Assembly (NCBI GenBank): GCA_029762535.1
Contig: JARVGK010000009.1
Location: forward strand, 41,759 to 105,758
Direction: 5' to 3'
Length of the DNA: 64,000 nucleotides
Origin: Thermoplasmatota archaeon
GTDB taxonomy: Archaea > Thermoplasmatota > Penumbrarchaeia > Penumbrarchaeales > Penumbrarchaeaceae
Each line of letters starts with the position of its first letter. The stretch's first letter is position 1. The position numbers and the translations under genes were made by a program. Under the pieces are notes generated by a model. It saw only the letters and a program-made list of their open reading frames with translations, was not told the DNA's origin and ran no database searches. Below, in pieces: positions 49,001-59,200 of this stretch.

Positions 49001-50119
49001 GAAGGTTCCCCCATTTCATTCGACGGGAGCCTCAGCCGAGATAACGTTCGAATTGACAACTACACATGGACTTTCACCGATGGATCTTTAACCACACTAT
49101 ATGGGATCGATCCAATATACACTTTCAACAATCCCGGGAACTACACTGTAACGTTGAACGTCACGGATGCCGCAGGCAATTGGGCAACGGATACATTGAC
49201 GGTTAGCGTGAATGATATTACCAAACCGTTCGCCGATGCGGGACCGGATAGGATCGTGGATGAGGATACGACGTTCATATTCGATGGCAGTGGATCCTAC
49301 GACAATGTGGGAATAGTCAACTTTACATGGAGCTTCAAGGATGCAAACGATGATATCCAACTTTACGGGATGGATCCAACATACATCTTCAACCAACCCG
49401 GAATATATCAAATCTCTTTGAGGGTAACGGATGCTGGCGGACTATGGTCCGTGGACACGTTCACCTTGACCGTGCGGGATATCACCTCACCTATTGCGAA
49501 CGCAGGTTCGGATCGGATCGTCCCGGTCGGGAGTATAGTGGAATTGAGCAGCATCGGTTCATCGGACAATTCCATTATTAAATACAAGATCTGGATGTTC
49601 ATATACGACGACGAGGAGCATCACCTTGAAGGCATCAGTATCTCCTTCAAATTCGATATTGGGGGGATATATGAAATCTTTCTGAAGGTGATAGACATGT
49701 CCGACAATATAGGTGAGGATACTTTGACCATCACGGTCATTGATACCGGGATCGTCACGGGAATCGTCCTCTATAGTGATGGAAAACCGGTCGGGGATGC
49801 CACCGTCGAGATAATGGACTCGAAAGGAAATGAACATATAACATCCACTCTTGTAAACGGATCCTTCTCGATCGAGATCCACCATGGGGCCTTCAAATGG
49901 CATATCATCAAGAAGGGATACGGGCCGATATCGGGGAACTCCTGCGTGGATCCCATGGAGGAGGTCCTGCTGGACCTCTCCGATCATCCAATGGTCAAGG
50001 AGAGGAGGGGAGGAGGAAATCTCCCGATCCTCATCGGGCTTGGGATCTTACTCCTACTGATACTGATCGGGATCGCCATCTATATGACAAGAAAGCGGGA
50101 TCGATCCCTCGAGGAATAG
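46037..50119 (+). CDS. GLUG-motif + PKD-repeat surface protein
   Basis: GSGT..DPY, many VGGLVG repeats, six PxAxxG(P/S)D..SSD PKD-like units, C-terminal TM. Confidence 0.92.
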   Translation: MVYKRIIPLCSILILILSAIPVMRNENAEGKNGSFGGGSGTVADPYIIEDVWDLQAMKNDTKAHYALSNDIDASDTENWNGGAGFEPVGTMPDVFSGSLEGGGYSIISLFINRSSASYIGLFASTQTGSRIANLSLIDLRVSGWDSVGGLVGLNRASIRNCILSGTVVGSSYRAGGLSGVNRGMINNSSFSGDVTGKAYTGGVVGDNYELIVGCYSSANVSGTDYVGGLAGGGGEIHNSSASCIVMGGYSVGGLAGYGHIIHNSYSKSNVSGSSMGGLVAQGHISIYNSYYNIDKVTLNGKHMVTDWGLFDNQYNDWFSNDLSLNISHYNNSIVFSGDHYTINSLQGFKDLLGFKNEPIHVRLGSDIDMSNISGFYIPSMAISTFDGGGHNISNFKIDQVDTGPMGFIGISTITHIKDLKLKNVNITGDNDVGGIAGWSQSVFTNVTVENVNITGDTDVGGIVGRSQSFFTNVTVEGSIEGSSRVGGVTGLNYGSVLNSSANVYIEGEYEVGGLVGWNQGMVNNSFSLSNISGDSNVGGLVGMNDGTIERCYAQSRVEGSNAGGLVGKNYNVISESFSIGKATGEKNIGGLVGYNGYHISDSYSWVDVEGSLYIGGLIGYHKGGTIQNSYSSGNVTGTISVGGLIGYKLNSDINNCYWDMDSSHQTDSAGGKGFTTNDMMKKDSYYRWDFLNIWCIIETTTYPLLRWQDKRPPIADCGPDMICDVGIPVHFDGSRSSDDTGIANYTWTFNDGSYDIYLFGIAPSHNFRKMGIINVTLTVTDPVGLLDTDTLKITLIDTTRPIANAGPDQTVDEDQEVSFDGSASSDNCEIINYTWTFHDGISDRTLFGISPSHRFDIPGIYLVSLNVTDAVDLYDIDNMTLTVKDCIDPVADAGPDQTVNEGEEVFFDGSRSSDDGGISNYTWLFTDITTPVTLFGVNPSYTFHTPGTYNVILKVIDFERFWDTDSTMVHVRDITPPLADAGPDQIIDEGSPISFDGSLSRDNVRIDNYTWTFTDGSLTTLYGIDPIYTFNNPGNYTVTLNVTDAAGNWATDTLTVSVNDITKPFADAGPDRIVDEDTTFIFDGSGSYDNVGIVNFTWSFKDANDDIQLYGMDPTYIFNQPGIYQISLRVTDAGGLWSVDTFTLTVRDITSPIANAGSDRIVPVGSIVELSSIGSSDNSIIKYKIWMFIYDDEEHHLEGISISFKFDIGGIYEIFLKVIDMSDNIGEDTLTITVIDTGIVTGIVLYSDGKPVGDATVEIMDSKGNEHITSTLVNGSFSIEIHHGAFKWHIIKKGYGPISGNSCVDPMEEVLLDLSDHPMVKERRGGGNLPILIGLGILLLLILIGIAIYMTRKRDRSLEE
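46730..46739 (+). repeat. G10 homopolymer inside the GLUG/PKD gene
   Basis: ggag-ggggggggg-a; currently in frame (AGGGGE). Confidence 0.85.
47301..47462 (+). repeat. 81-bp in-frame tandem duplication
   Basis: NVNITGD(N/T)DVGGI(A/V)G(W/R)SQS(V/F)FTNVTVE twice, nearly identical DNA. Confidence 0.9.
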
Positions 50120-50136
50120 ATCCCATCTACGGGATC

Positions 50137-50397
50137 TCATTCCCTGAAGACCTTTCTCCCCACGGGCCTCCGAATGACAGCGGCCCTACCCCTCGAGAAG
50201 ACAAGGTCCGCCTTCAGATCCGCGGAGATCCTCTCCATATTGTTCCTGAAATCCCCCGCTTCGGGAGCTGATCTAAGCATCTTCAGCTTCACGACCCCCT
50301 TCTTCTGAAGCTGATCGTCGATCTCTTTCAGGATCCCATCGGTGATCCCGCCCTTGCCCACCTGTATCGTCAACGGCACATCGTCGTATTCACCCAT
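50137..50397 (-). CDS. yhbY: YhbY/CRM-domain RNA-binding protein
   Basis: TIQVGKGGIT..VVKLKML..RGR; adjacent to Rpp21. Confidence 0.9.
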   Translation of the reverse strand: MGEYDDVPLTIQVGKGGITDGILKEIDDQLQKKGVVKLKMLRSAPEAGDFRNNMERISADLKADLVFSRGRAAVIRRPVGRKVFRE

Positions 50398-50737
50398 CCT
50401 CTCGCCTCCTGTGAGGGATCCTCCTGCTGTGCCCGCATTCGAGGCATGTAATGGTCAGGGTTCCGGGCCTCAACCTTACCCTGGAGGTCCTTCCCGGCAT
50501 AAGGGGCAGCAGGCAGTTTTGGCATGTCATCCGTTTCAGATAAGTCGGGACCCTAACGGTGTACCTCATCCCGATCTTTTTGGCGAGAGAGGTGTACCTC
50601 CTCGCGAGATCGAGATCCCCGCAGCGGGCCATATCGAAGGACATCGTATAAAGCCTGGCTATCCTGTCCTTTGCCACTGCGAGATGCAGCTGGTTCTTCT
50701 TCCCCCTGCCGGTCCTGCGCATGATGCGGCCTAGCAT
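50390..50737 (-). CDS. rnp4: RNase P protein component 4 (Rpp21)
   Basis: AKDRIARL, ARRY, CQNC..L.PG..CLECG zinc ribbon; start trimmed. Confidence 0.92.
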   Translation of the reverse strand: MLGRIMRRTGRGKKNQLHLAVAKDRIARLYTMSFDMARCGDLDLARRYTSLAKKIGMRYTVRVPTYLKRMTCQNCLLPLMPGRTSRVRLRPGTLTITCLECGHSRRIPHRRREDG

Positions 50738-50759
50738 GTCGAGGTATTTAAAATATCGA

Positions 50760-53700
50760 CTATTCCTCGGAAGGCGCCCCTTGGGCCGGTACCGAGAGCT
50801 CCATGATGTTGCTGGATGCGCCCCTCTGCAGGCTCTCGTATTCCGAGGTCCCCACGGACTTGGCCGATCCGGAAGCGACGACCCCTGTCGGGTCATAGCT
50901 CAGATCTATTGGGGCATCCTCCTCCTCCCTCGGCTCGACCTTCAGGGCGAATACGCTGTCCCTCTTCCTTTTGATAAGGAATAGTACGATAGCTATCACC
51001 ACGATCAGGATAATGACCGCGACAACTATTATCCACCATGGGAAGCCCTTCTCGCCTCCGTTGGGCCTCTCCCCGTTCACCTCCGATCTCTCGACAGTGA
51101 GGGTCATCTGGACTATGTTCCATCTGCCGAAATCGTCGGTCACGTTGAACCTCAGGACCTTCTCGCCGGGCAAGGTGGTCGAAGCGTTGATCTCGAGCGT
51201 TATCTCTGTCTCCTCATCGGCCCCTATCAAGAATGAATCGGCTCCGGAGATCCTGAGGCCTTGCAGGTTGCCGTTGCCGAAGGTAAGATTGACGGCCACA
51301 GGCAGCGTGCTCTTCACAACGAAGGATGCCATGAAGGTCTCGTTCTGCTTTACCTTGATACCGGTGGGAGCGGTGATCTGAGGGAAGGAGGGGTCGAACA
51401 TGAATGTCCTGGTCGATGAGGCCGTATCGATGCCTCTAGCGCTCGCCGTAACCTTCCATGTGTACGCGCCCGGATACGAGGGCGAATACGTGAACGATGT
51501 GGAATCGCCCGTGTCGATGACCCTCGTCCCGTTCAACGGATCGACGATCGTCAACGTATAGGTCAGCTCCGAGGCGTTTATGAAGTTGCCCCTCCAACTC
51601 ATATCCATTTGGCCTTGGACCATGACATTCTCAGCTGGCGATAAGAGCTCGATCGAAGGAACGCCCAAAGAAGAATCCCTGAAGATCGATAGCACCATCG
51701 ACTCCTCGACCCCGTAACGGGCAACGTCGTTCGCCCTGAACTGAACGAGGTTCTTCACGCCGTCATGGAGCTCGAGGTCCATCGCTATAGTGTACGTCCC
51801 TTGCTCCTCCGAGATCCCTTCATTGAGCTTCTGCCAATCCGAGAACTGCCTGTCCGCTCCCGTCCTACGGTATTCTATCGAGGCGGGGTTGACACCGCTC
51901 AGATCATCGTGAACCTTTATGCTGATAGGGTGTATCGCCTCCCATACGGTGATCTCATCTGACGGGGAGGGATCGAAGAACCGAGGCTTGTGCATATCGA
52001 TAATTATCGACACCTCAACATATGGTCCGACCCTGTCCGCATTATCGACGGACCAGACGTAGAACGTGTGGTTTCCCTCCGAAAGGCGCATCTTCTTGAA
52101 CTCGGTCGTCAGGTTCACCGTTCGGGGCCAGAGATTGTCGTTCTGCGAATAGCATATGCCTTTCATCCCCGCACCACCGTCGAAGACGCTGTCCCAAGCG
52201 AGGAATACCTCCTGATCGTTATCGATCCCCCTGATGGGATCGTCGAAGGAATCCGCCCTGAAGGAAACGTTGACCGGAGGCAAGGGGGGGTCCACATCTA
52301 ACATGAACCCGAAGATCTGAGAGCTCACCATCGTTCCGAACTGGTCGGTCACGTTGACATGGTAGTAGGACATCTCACCGTCCTCTCCCGCGATCGGAAC
52401 GGACATGTTCGCTTCCACATCCGGATCGTAGTCCCATACGCTCTCCACCCCCTCCTGGTTGGCGAAGGTGACCGTGAAGGCACCGCTCGCGGGCTGGACG
52501 TTCGAGTCCGCCAGGAAGCTCAACTGGAAGCCGCTCAGCCACAGGTCCGTCCTTCCGAACAGCCACTGCCCGGGCTCGATCAGCGGCTGGAGCTCCGTTC
52601 CGAAGGATATCCTGCTCACGGTTATCTTCGAGTTCATCGTGAAGGAGTTGACGGCCTGCCTCTGCTCTGTGTAGGCCCTGTTGGTCATCGGCAGGAACGT
52701 CATTGTCACCGTCACTCCCTCGGGGGCATCGAATGTGAACTCGATGGGGATCTCGAGCGACCATCTTCCCTTGCCATAGGTGTATAGAACCGGCTCCTTG
52801 TCTAAAATGGCCCAGCTGGTGTTGCCCCCAACTATCAAAGGATCCCCTTTCATCCATGTGATATTGAGAACATCATCAGGGGTCACGAAGGCTATCTCCA
52901 TGCCGAGTAGGTCATCGATATGGAGGTCCGAATACCCGGAGAAGTTGAGAACGTAGTCCTTGTAGGTGGGGAATACTTCGACTATGCGCTGGCCTTCGGG
53001 TCCGACGATGGCCCCCTGTTCGCATATCGTCCTGAGCACGGGGGCATAGGACCAGACCTCGGTCTGATCGGAGGGCCCTTTCCAGATGTACATCATCTTC
53101 GTTGCCGGGTCGTAGGCCTGTCCATGGGATTCCCAGTTGGTAGGAAAGATGTTATCGGTGAGGTGCAGCCACTCCTTCCAACCCGGCCTGTAGATGTAAA
53201 CGTTCGCATATTCCTGAACGTTCCCACCGAATACGATGACCTCGTCCGTGTCGATGTTCACGCACATCCCGTGATCGTACCGGGTGGAAGGCGGGTTCTG
53301 GGCCCCTGACATCTGCTCCCATCTCCTCAGCCCCGTGTGGAAGAACCAGAGATCGTTGTATACGTTGGAGCTGTTGTCCCTCCCTCCGAACATGTAGAAC
53401 CCTTTTAGATCGGGGTTCATGGAGAGCTGGGAATTATAGCGGGGATATGGCCTTGTTGGAGGATTCAGCTTGGTCCATATCCTGTTCGTCGCGTTGAAGA
53501 CGGCTATACCATCGGATTGCCCTGAGGGGCTGTGGCCTCCGAAGAGGTATATCTGCCTGTGTTCTGAGGAATGGTCAACGACCATATTGGCCCTTCCCAA
53601 TGGCCCGGGCAGGGCATGCTCGTGGACAAGCGACCACTCCCCGGACTTCAGGTCCAGCATCCACATCGAATCGTAGAAGTAGTAATGGGTCTCCGCTCCC

Positions 53701-55073
53701 GGCCCCGAACCCACTCTGTAAGACGAGTACCCGCCGTATAGGTAGAACGCGTCATCGACATGATCGTAAGCATGGGCCATGCCGGACATGTGAACTGGGA
53801 GGTCTTGATAGGAGAGAGGGATGACGTGCCATAGTCCGTCGGAGAGCGAGTAGTACGTCGCCATCCAGCTCTGGTAGTTCGGACCGTCTCCGATATATTC
53901 TGAGCGGTATGTGATCGTGAGGAGCTTGCCTCCATCGTCGGGATCGAACGCCGTATAGCTGGTCCCTCCGGAGTTGTACGTCGAAGGGGGGATCCCCCTG
54001 ACGGCGAGGGACGAGATGTCGATCCTCCAGACGTCCCTCTCGTTCCTGGACCCTCCGAATATCATTATCTCGCCTCCGGATACGGTCCAGGCCCTGACCG
54101 CCCGGGGCCTTATCATGGGATCGAGATAGACCCTCTCGACGGACCCGTTCTCGGGATCGATGAGATACGTATGGTTCAGGTACTCGTACCACCCCTGGTA
54201 TCCGCTGTGATAGTTGTAGCCCATTGCCACCACCAGCTTGTTCGAGGCGGGGTCCATCGCCATGATCCCTCCGGCATGGGTCCTCAGACCAAGGGCCGCA
54301 GTTACGCGGGTCCAGAGCCCGGTGGTGATGTTGAAGTACCACAGGTCGTCGGCCCAGTTCGAGCCGACCTGCCCCAGGGCAGTATAGAGCCTGTCTCCTG
54401 CGATGACCACGCAGGGTTCGTCCCTCCCCGAGGGCTTCGTCGAGGGATCGTGCCGGGTCCATCCTATATCGATCGAATAGCTGTACAGGATATTGCTCCA
54501 TGAGTTCTGACCGTACCTTCCCCCGAACAACCAAACCGAGTCCCTTTCACTGTCGTAGACCATGCCAGATTGATACCTGGCCGCAGGCTCGCCGTCGGCC
54601 ATTGGCTGTGTCCATGTCATGTTGTTATGATAATAAATATAGAGACCGGCCTGGTAATTGGAATTGCCGATCCTCCCTCCGAAGAAGAAGGCCCTCTCAT
54701 TATCAGGATCCGCTGCGAAGCCCGGGAACGATGCCCTCACATCTGGGGTCGGGCCGGATGCTGGCCTCTCCTCCCACGTGTCGTTCATTTCGAAATAGGA
54801 CCAAACGCGTATCGGACCCGTTGACATGGAATTGGTGTTCCTGGCGAAGATCACGATCTCCCCGGGGAGATACATGATATCACAATCGGCTGGCCTGATA
54901 TCGGAGGGCCATGTCCCCATCCTATCGAAGAGGCCCATTCCCGGTTCCGCCATAGGTGAATCCAATAATTCCGCCTCCTGAGGGCCGGCGCCGGCGGATC
55001 CCGTTATGTTCGGGACCGTGACGAGTAAAAGCATGACGACAGCTAAGACGATCGCTCTTTCGTATTGTACCAT
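50760..55073 (-). CDS. Kelch-repeat + Ig-like membrane-anchored surface protein
   Basis: Signal peptide, multiple (L/M)FGG..DLW Kelch blades, C-terminal TM + KRKR. Confidence 0.9.
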   Translation of the reverse strand: MVQYERAIVLAVVMLLLVTVPNITGSAGAGPQEAELLDSPMAEPGMGLFDRMGTWPSDIRPADCDIMYLPGEIVIFARNTNSMSTGPIRVWSYFEMNDTWEERPASGPTPDVRASFPGFAADPDNERAFFFGGRIGNSNYQAGLYIYYHNNMTWTQPMADGEPAARYQSGMVYDSERDSVWLFGGRYGQNSWSNILYSYSIDIGWTRHDPSTKPSGRDEPCVVIAGDRLYTALGQVGSNWADDLWYFNITTGLWTRVTAALGLRTHAGGIMAMDPASNKLVVAMGYNYHSGYQGWYEYLNHTYLIDPENGSVERVYLDPMIRPRAVRAWTVSGGEIMIFGGSRNERDVWRIDISSLAVRGIPPSTYNSGGTSYTAFDPDDGGKLLTITYRSEYIGDGPNYQSWMATYYSLSDGLWHVIPLSYQDLPVHMSGMAHAYDHVDDAFYLYGGYSSYRVGSGPGAETHYYFYDSMWMLDLKSGEWSLVHEHALPGPLGRANMVVDHSSEHRQIYLFGGHSPSGQSDGIAVFNATNRIWTKLNPPTRPYPRYNSQLSMNPDLKGFYMFGGRDNSSNVYNDLWFFHTGLRRWEQMSGAQNPPSTRYDHGMCVNIDTDEVIVFGGNVQEYANVYIYRPGWKEWLHLTDNIFPTNWESHGQAYDPATKMMYIWKGPSDQTEVWSYAPVLRTICEQGAIVGPEGQRIVEVFPTYKDYVLNFSGYSDLHIDDLLGMEIAFVTPDDVLNITWMKGDPLIVGGNTSWAILDKEPVLYTYGKGRWSLEIPIEFTFDAPEGVTVTMTFLPMTNRAYTEQRQAVNSFTMNSKITVSRISFGTELQPLIEPGQWLFGRTDLWLSGFQLSFLADSNVQPASGAFTVTFANQEGVESVWDYDPDVEANMSVPIAGEDGEMSYYHVNVTDQFGTMVSSQIFGFMLDVDPPLPPVNVSFRADSFDDPIRGIDNDQEVFLAWDSVFDGGAGMKGICYSQNDNLWPRTVNLTTEFKKMRLSEGNHTFYVWSVDNADRVGPYVEVSIIIDMHKPRFFDPSPSDEITVWEAIHPISIKVHDDLSGVNPASIEYRRTGADRQFSDWQKLNEGISEEQGTYTIAMDLELHDGVKNLVQFRANDVARYGVEESMVLSIFRDSSLGVPSIELLSPAENVMVQGQMDMSWRGNFINASELTYTLTIVDPLNGTRVIDTGDSTSFTYSPSYPGAYTWKVTASARGIDTASSTRTFMFDPSFPQITAPTGIKVKQNETFMASFVVKSTLPVAVNLTFGNGNLQGLRISGADSFLIGADEETEITLEINASTTLPGEKVLRFNVTDDFGRWNIVQMTLTVERSEVNGERPNGGEKGFPWWIIVVAVIILIVVIAIVLFLIKRKRDSVFALKVEPREEEDAPIDLSYDPTGVVASGSAKSVGTSEYESLQRGASSNIMELSVPAQGAPSEE

Positions 55074-55240
55074 GGCATATCAACTCCATTTATCGCCCGA
55101 TATACCACGGACGATTGTATTGTTCATTATTATTCATTTCGATTACGGGTTTGCCAACATTTAATAACATGACGGTAAAATCTTCGCCCGGAGGAGGGCG
55201 GGAATGCTCTCATCCTTTCTCAATTCCGGAGAGCTGACCC

Positions 55241-56911
55241 ATGGCCGATAAAGGATCTGGAAAAAGGAAGGCTGGTTTCTGGGAACTGATCAGGAACTCC
55301 TCCGTATGCTGGGAGAAGCCTGGCTTCTCCGGATCCTGGGTGGAATTGAAGGATATCGGGAACGACCCGGCGGATTCCAGGGAGAATCGATACCTCAGGA
55401 CCGAACTCTTCTCATCCGGAGGGCCTCAGGGCAGACTTTATAGGATAGCCCCTTACGAATATTCAATGGACGGCTCGAACGTCGAGACCGTCAAAGCTGC
55501 CATCGATGAGATGCAGGAGGCAAAGCCTCCGCAGGAGATACTAGACGACGAGAAAAGGCTGAGGGCCTTCACTGAGGCGGCGGCAAAAAAAATAATGATG
55601 AGGAAGAAACTGCCGGGCGACGCGAACACCCTCTCAAGGATCTGCGCCCAGTACTCCACCGGGTACGGAGTGTTGGAACATCTTTTGAGGGATGAGAGGG
55701 TGCAGGACATATACATCGACTCACCTCCTGGAAACACCCCCGTTTACGTATCCCTTGGCGGAGGCATGCAACCCGGCCTCGAGGGCACCTACCCCACTAA
55801 CATCCACCTATCCATATCGGAGCTCGAGAGGATCGTCTCCATCCTGAGATACCATTCGGACCGGCCCTTCTCCGAGGCGTCCCCGACGCTTGAATGCGAC
55901 ATGGATCTATACAACGCCAGGGCGACAGCGGTCGGGCCGCCGCTATCCCCCGCGGGCATTTCGATAGCCATCAGGAAGCACTCCCACGACCCGTGGACGA
56001 TCCCCGGCCTGATCAGGGCAGGGAGCATCACACCGATGGCCTCCGGCTTCCTGGACCTGGCGATGGACGGCAGGGCGACCATGCTGGTGGCCGGACCCAG
56101 AGGGGCGGGAAAGACATCGCTTCTCGGGGCCATGCTCTTTGAGGTGGACCGCGGGCAGAGGATCATTCTGCTTGAGGATACGCCGGAGCTTCCCGCTGAC
56201 CATCTGAGGGAACAGGGTTACAAGGTCCTTCCCCTGATCTTCGGTGAGGGAAAGGGATCCTCCCCCGAGAAGGCCCTAAGGACCGCCCTCAGGCTGGGGG
56301 AGTCCGTGATAGTCATGGGCGAGGTGAGGGGCCCGGAGACGAGGATCCTTTACGAGGCCATGTCCGCCGGGACCGCAGGATCATCCGTACTTGGCACGTT
56401 CCATGCCGATTCCGCAAAGGCCGTCTTCAAGAGGGTTGTGGATGACATGGGCGTGACACCAGGCAGCTTCATGTCCACGGACCTCGTGATCGTGGCCGGG
56501 TTGGTACAGCCTCACGGCCGGAAGATCAAACTGAGGCGCGTCGTCCAGATAGCCGAGGTGGTAAAGGATGAGAGGCCGGGAACGTTCAGGGACCTCTTCC
56601 TCTACGACCCAGTGAAGGACATGCTCGTAGCGACAGAGCACCTGCGCTCATCCGGAATAGTATCCAGGATCGCCTCCTTATGGGGCTGGAAGCCCCAGAA
56701 CGTCATCGCCGAGATCGAGCTGCGGGGCAGGGTGTTCGCCAGGGCCATTGAGCTGCTTGGAGAAGAGGAAGCGGGAAGGAGCGGTTCCGCGGCGAGGATC
56801 TCAGAATCCTTCGACAGGGCGAGGGAGCGCATGCTCGATAAGGGAGCGATGAACGACCACGATAGGTTCCTCAAGAGCTGGGAGAAGGAGCTATCCAGAC
56901 TGGGAGGATGA
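55241..56911 (+). CDS. Type IV pilus / type II-IV secretion ATPase
   Basis: GPRGAGKT Walker A, LEDTPEL, LRLGESVIVMGEVRG, GTFHA. Confidence 0.93.
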   Translation: MADKGSGKRKAGFWELIRNSSVCWEKPGFSGSWVELKDIGNDPADSRENRYLRTELFSSGGPQGRLYRIAPYEYSMDGSNVETVKAAIDEMQEAKPPQEILDDEKRLRAFTEAAAKKIMMRKKLPGDANTLSRICAQYSTGYGVLEHLLRDERVQDIYIDSPPGNTPVYVSLGGGMQPGLEGTYPTNIHLSISELERIVSILRYHSDRPFSEASPTLECDMDLYNARATAVGPPLSPAGISIAIRKHSHDPWTIPGLIRAGSITPMASGFLDLAMDGRATMLVAGPRGAGKTSLLGAMLFEVDRGQRIILLEDTPELPADHLREQGYKVLPLIFGEGKGSSPEKALRTALRLGESVIVMGEVRGPETRILYEAMSAGTAGSSVLGTFHADSAKAVFKRVVDDMGVTPGSFMSTDLVIVAGLVQPHGRKIKLRRVVQIAEVVKDERPGTFRDLFLYDPVKDMLVATEHLRSSGIVSRIASLWGWKPQNVIAEIELRGRVFARAIELLGEEEAGRSGSAARISESFDRARERMLDKGAMNDHDRFLKSWEKELSRLGG

Positions 56912-58692
56912 AGGGGATGGGGTTGGACAGGCCTACCGCATTCGCCTTGATGGTCCTTTTGGCGGGGATCGTCATCTCGGTCCTGATCATACTACCAGGC
57001 ATGCCCCCGCTCTACGGGTCGGACCTGGATTCCGATGGCGTCTCCGACAACTTCCAGAGGATCAATGAGAGGCTGGAACACAGGCTCGACGACGACGGAG
57101 AATGGGTGACCGAGAGGGTGGGTTATACTTCCAGCTTCGACGTGCCCCTGCTCGCATTCACGCTCATAGGGCTGAACCTTGCGGTTCCGATACTGGTCTT
57201 CTACTCTCTCTGGAGCAGGGATCGAAGGTCCGAGGAGGAGGATGAAGGCGCGGAGAGGGCGGGGATGCACGATGGCGTCAGGCGAATAGCAACGTTCCTT
57301 GAGGTGAACCCTTCTCTCATATCCGCCCTGAAGTACGCTCATGCCAGCATGCCGGATCAGGGAAGGAGGTCCCTGGGAAGGCTTTTGTGGGCGATTAGGT
57401 CAAAGGGGAGCGATTTTCGGGAGGAATACCGTAATTTCAGGGCCGAATGGATGGACAGGGACCCGCTTGTGGGAAAGGCCCTCAGCGACCTTGAATCCGC
57501 CGAGAGGGAGCCCACATCGATCGAGGTGTCCCTGAGCGCCCGGAGGGCGATGGACGAGCTCACCGAGGGCACCAGAAGGGAGATGTCGGCATACGTCCGA
57601 TCACTTCAGGGCCCGACGACCGCCCTATTCGCCATCGGGGTTTTGCTCCCTGTGCTCCTCGCAACGATGATACCCATCTCAGGCATAGGAGGGTCCTCCG
57701 TATTCATGATAGCCTTCCTACTCTGGATCGCGATCCCCGCGGGGATCGTCCTCATGGGCAGGAGGATAGTCTCAAAGAGGCCCTCATTCAGGATGGACCC
57801 GACCGATCATGGGAAGGGGAGGAAGAAAGGGATCCCCCGCCTGGCCATAGCCGGTTACATTCTCGGAGCGCTCCTCGTCATTCTTTTTGCGCTTCACAGG
57901 TTCGATCTTGGGATGCCTTCCCTTACATGGACGGGGCTGGACAGCGGGGAGAGCGCCATGTTCTCGCTCCTGTGGGGGCTGTCCATCCTGGCGGCGTCCG
58001 CTACCATGCACCACACCTTCGGCGATGCCGAAAGGGCCCTGCACCTGGCCGATGTGGACAGGCAGATACCGGACCTGCTCCGGTCCATTGGTTCCGGGGT
58101 CTCCGACGGGCTGTCCTTCGAGGGGGCTTCCAAAAGGGCGGTCAAGCCCGGGACCCTCGACTCTTACAGGTCCTACCTGGTCCCGTCGCCCGGAATGGAC
58201 CCCGATAAGGGGCGGATCCCGGCATCGCTCGAGAACGCCTACAGGGCGGCGATGCATTTCGCAAGGTCAGGAGCCGATTCCGGTGGAAGGGCCATAAGGG
58301 CTCTGGGAGGGCATATGCGCAGCCTTCTTTCGCTGGAGGACGAGATGGTCCAGAGGATCGATTCCTCCATAGGGCAGATGAACATCACCGCCTCCGTATT
58401 CGCTCCGATCATGATAGGCGCCTCCGTCGGCATCTTCAGATTGCTAGACCCGGGTGCGCTCTCGAGCGATATATCCGTGCTCGGGGGCGGAGAGGATCCC
58501 ATGGGGAGCTCCACGTTCGTTCTGATAAGCGGGGTCTATCTTATCCTACTCTCCGGGGCGAGCAGCGTGACGATAGCAAGGCTGCGCTCCGGAAAGAAGC
58601 ACGGAGGATGGGAGAAGGTGCCGTCGAGCATGATAAGGTCAACGTTGTCGTTCACGGCCGGCGCGGTGCTGGCCATAGCAGTTGTGGGTTGA
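56908..58692 (+). CDS. TadC/T2SS-F-like membrane platform protein
   Basis: Multi-TM, two F-domain-like halves, ATGA overlap with the ATPase. Confidence 0.8.
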   Translation: MKGMGLDRPTAFALMVLLAGIVISVLIILPGMPPLYGSDLDSDGVSDNFQRINERLEHRLDDDGEWVTERVGYTSSFDVPLLAFTLIGLNLAVPILVFYSLWSRDRRSEEEDEGAERAGMHDGVRRIATFLEVNPSLISALKYAHASMPDQGRRSLGRLLWAIRSKGSDFREEYRNFRAEWMDRDPLVGKALSDLESAEREPTSIEVSLSARRAMDELTEGTRREMSAYVRSLQGPTTALFAIGVLLPVLLATMIPISGIGGSSVFMIAFLLWIAIPAGIVLMGRRIVSKRPSFRMDPTDHGKGRKKGIPRLAIAGYILGALLVILFALHRFDLGMPSLTWTGLDSGESAMFSLLWGLSILAASATMHHTFGDAERALHLADVDRQIPDLLRSIGSGVSDGLSFEGASKRAVKPGTLDSYRSYLVPSPGMDPDKGRIPASLENAYRAAMHFARSGADSGGRAIRALGGHMRSLLSLEDEMVQRIDSSIGQMNITASVFAPIMIGASVGIFRLLDPGALSSDISVLGGGEDPMGSSTFVLISGVYLILLSGASSVTIARLRSGKKHGGWEKVPSSMIRSTLSFTAGAVLAIAVVG

Positions 58693-58708
58693 AAAGGATG
58701 GTGAAAGA

Positions 58709-59143
58709 ATGAGAAAGGCAATGGGTAAAAGCGGTGCGATGGAGGGGATACCCCTCCAGCTGATAATCGTCGTGGTGATAGGCGTCGCCGCGCTCGGAAT
58801 ACTCGTAGGCTGGCTGGCCCTCTCGGGGGATCCGGACCCGACGATGAAGAGGGTAAGCGTGGACCCCGAGACGGTGTCGGTCCAGGGGGATGGAAGGTTG
58901 ACAGAAGAGGTGACCTTCACGGTGTTCATTTATGACAACAAAGGTGACGAGATCAACGGCGTCGTGGTGACCTTTTCCGGGGCCGTGGACCAGAAGGTCA
59001 CCCAGGTCGTTGATTCGGGCGGGACCGTACAGGTGACCGTGGCGCTCCCCTCCGGGGAGCAGACCGGGACCATAACCGTCAAAGCGGAGAAGGGCGGGGG
59101 CATGGGATCCCGGGAGACCACCGTCATCGTGATGAGAGGCTGA
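58709..59143 (+). CDS. Archaeal pilin with class III signal peptide
   Basis: MRKAMGKSG/AMEGIPLQLIIVVVIGVAALGIL; follows ATPase and platform genes. Confidence 0.8.
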   Translation: MRKAMGKSGAMEGIPLQLIIVVVIGVAALGILVGWLALSGDPDPTMKRVSVDPETVSVQGDGRLTEEVTFTVFIYDNKGDEINGVVVTFSGAVDQKVTQVVDSGGTVQVTVALPSGEQTGTITVKAEKGGGMGSRETTVIVMRG

Positions 59144-59200
59144 ACGATGCCGCAGGTTTTATAAAGTAAGTAAATAAATGCGTTGCACAGGTGGTTATAG

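Noticed and set aside
8158-55073. DGR or shufflon acting on the surface genes
   Set aside because: No reverse transcriptase, invertase or TR/VR pair visible in the window.
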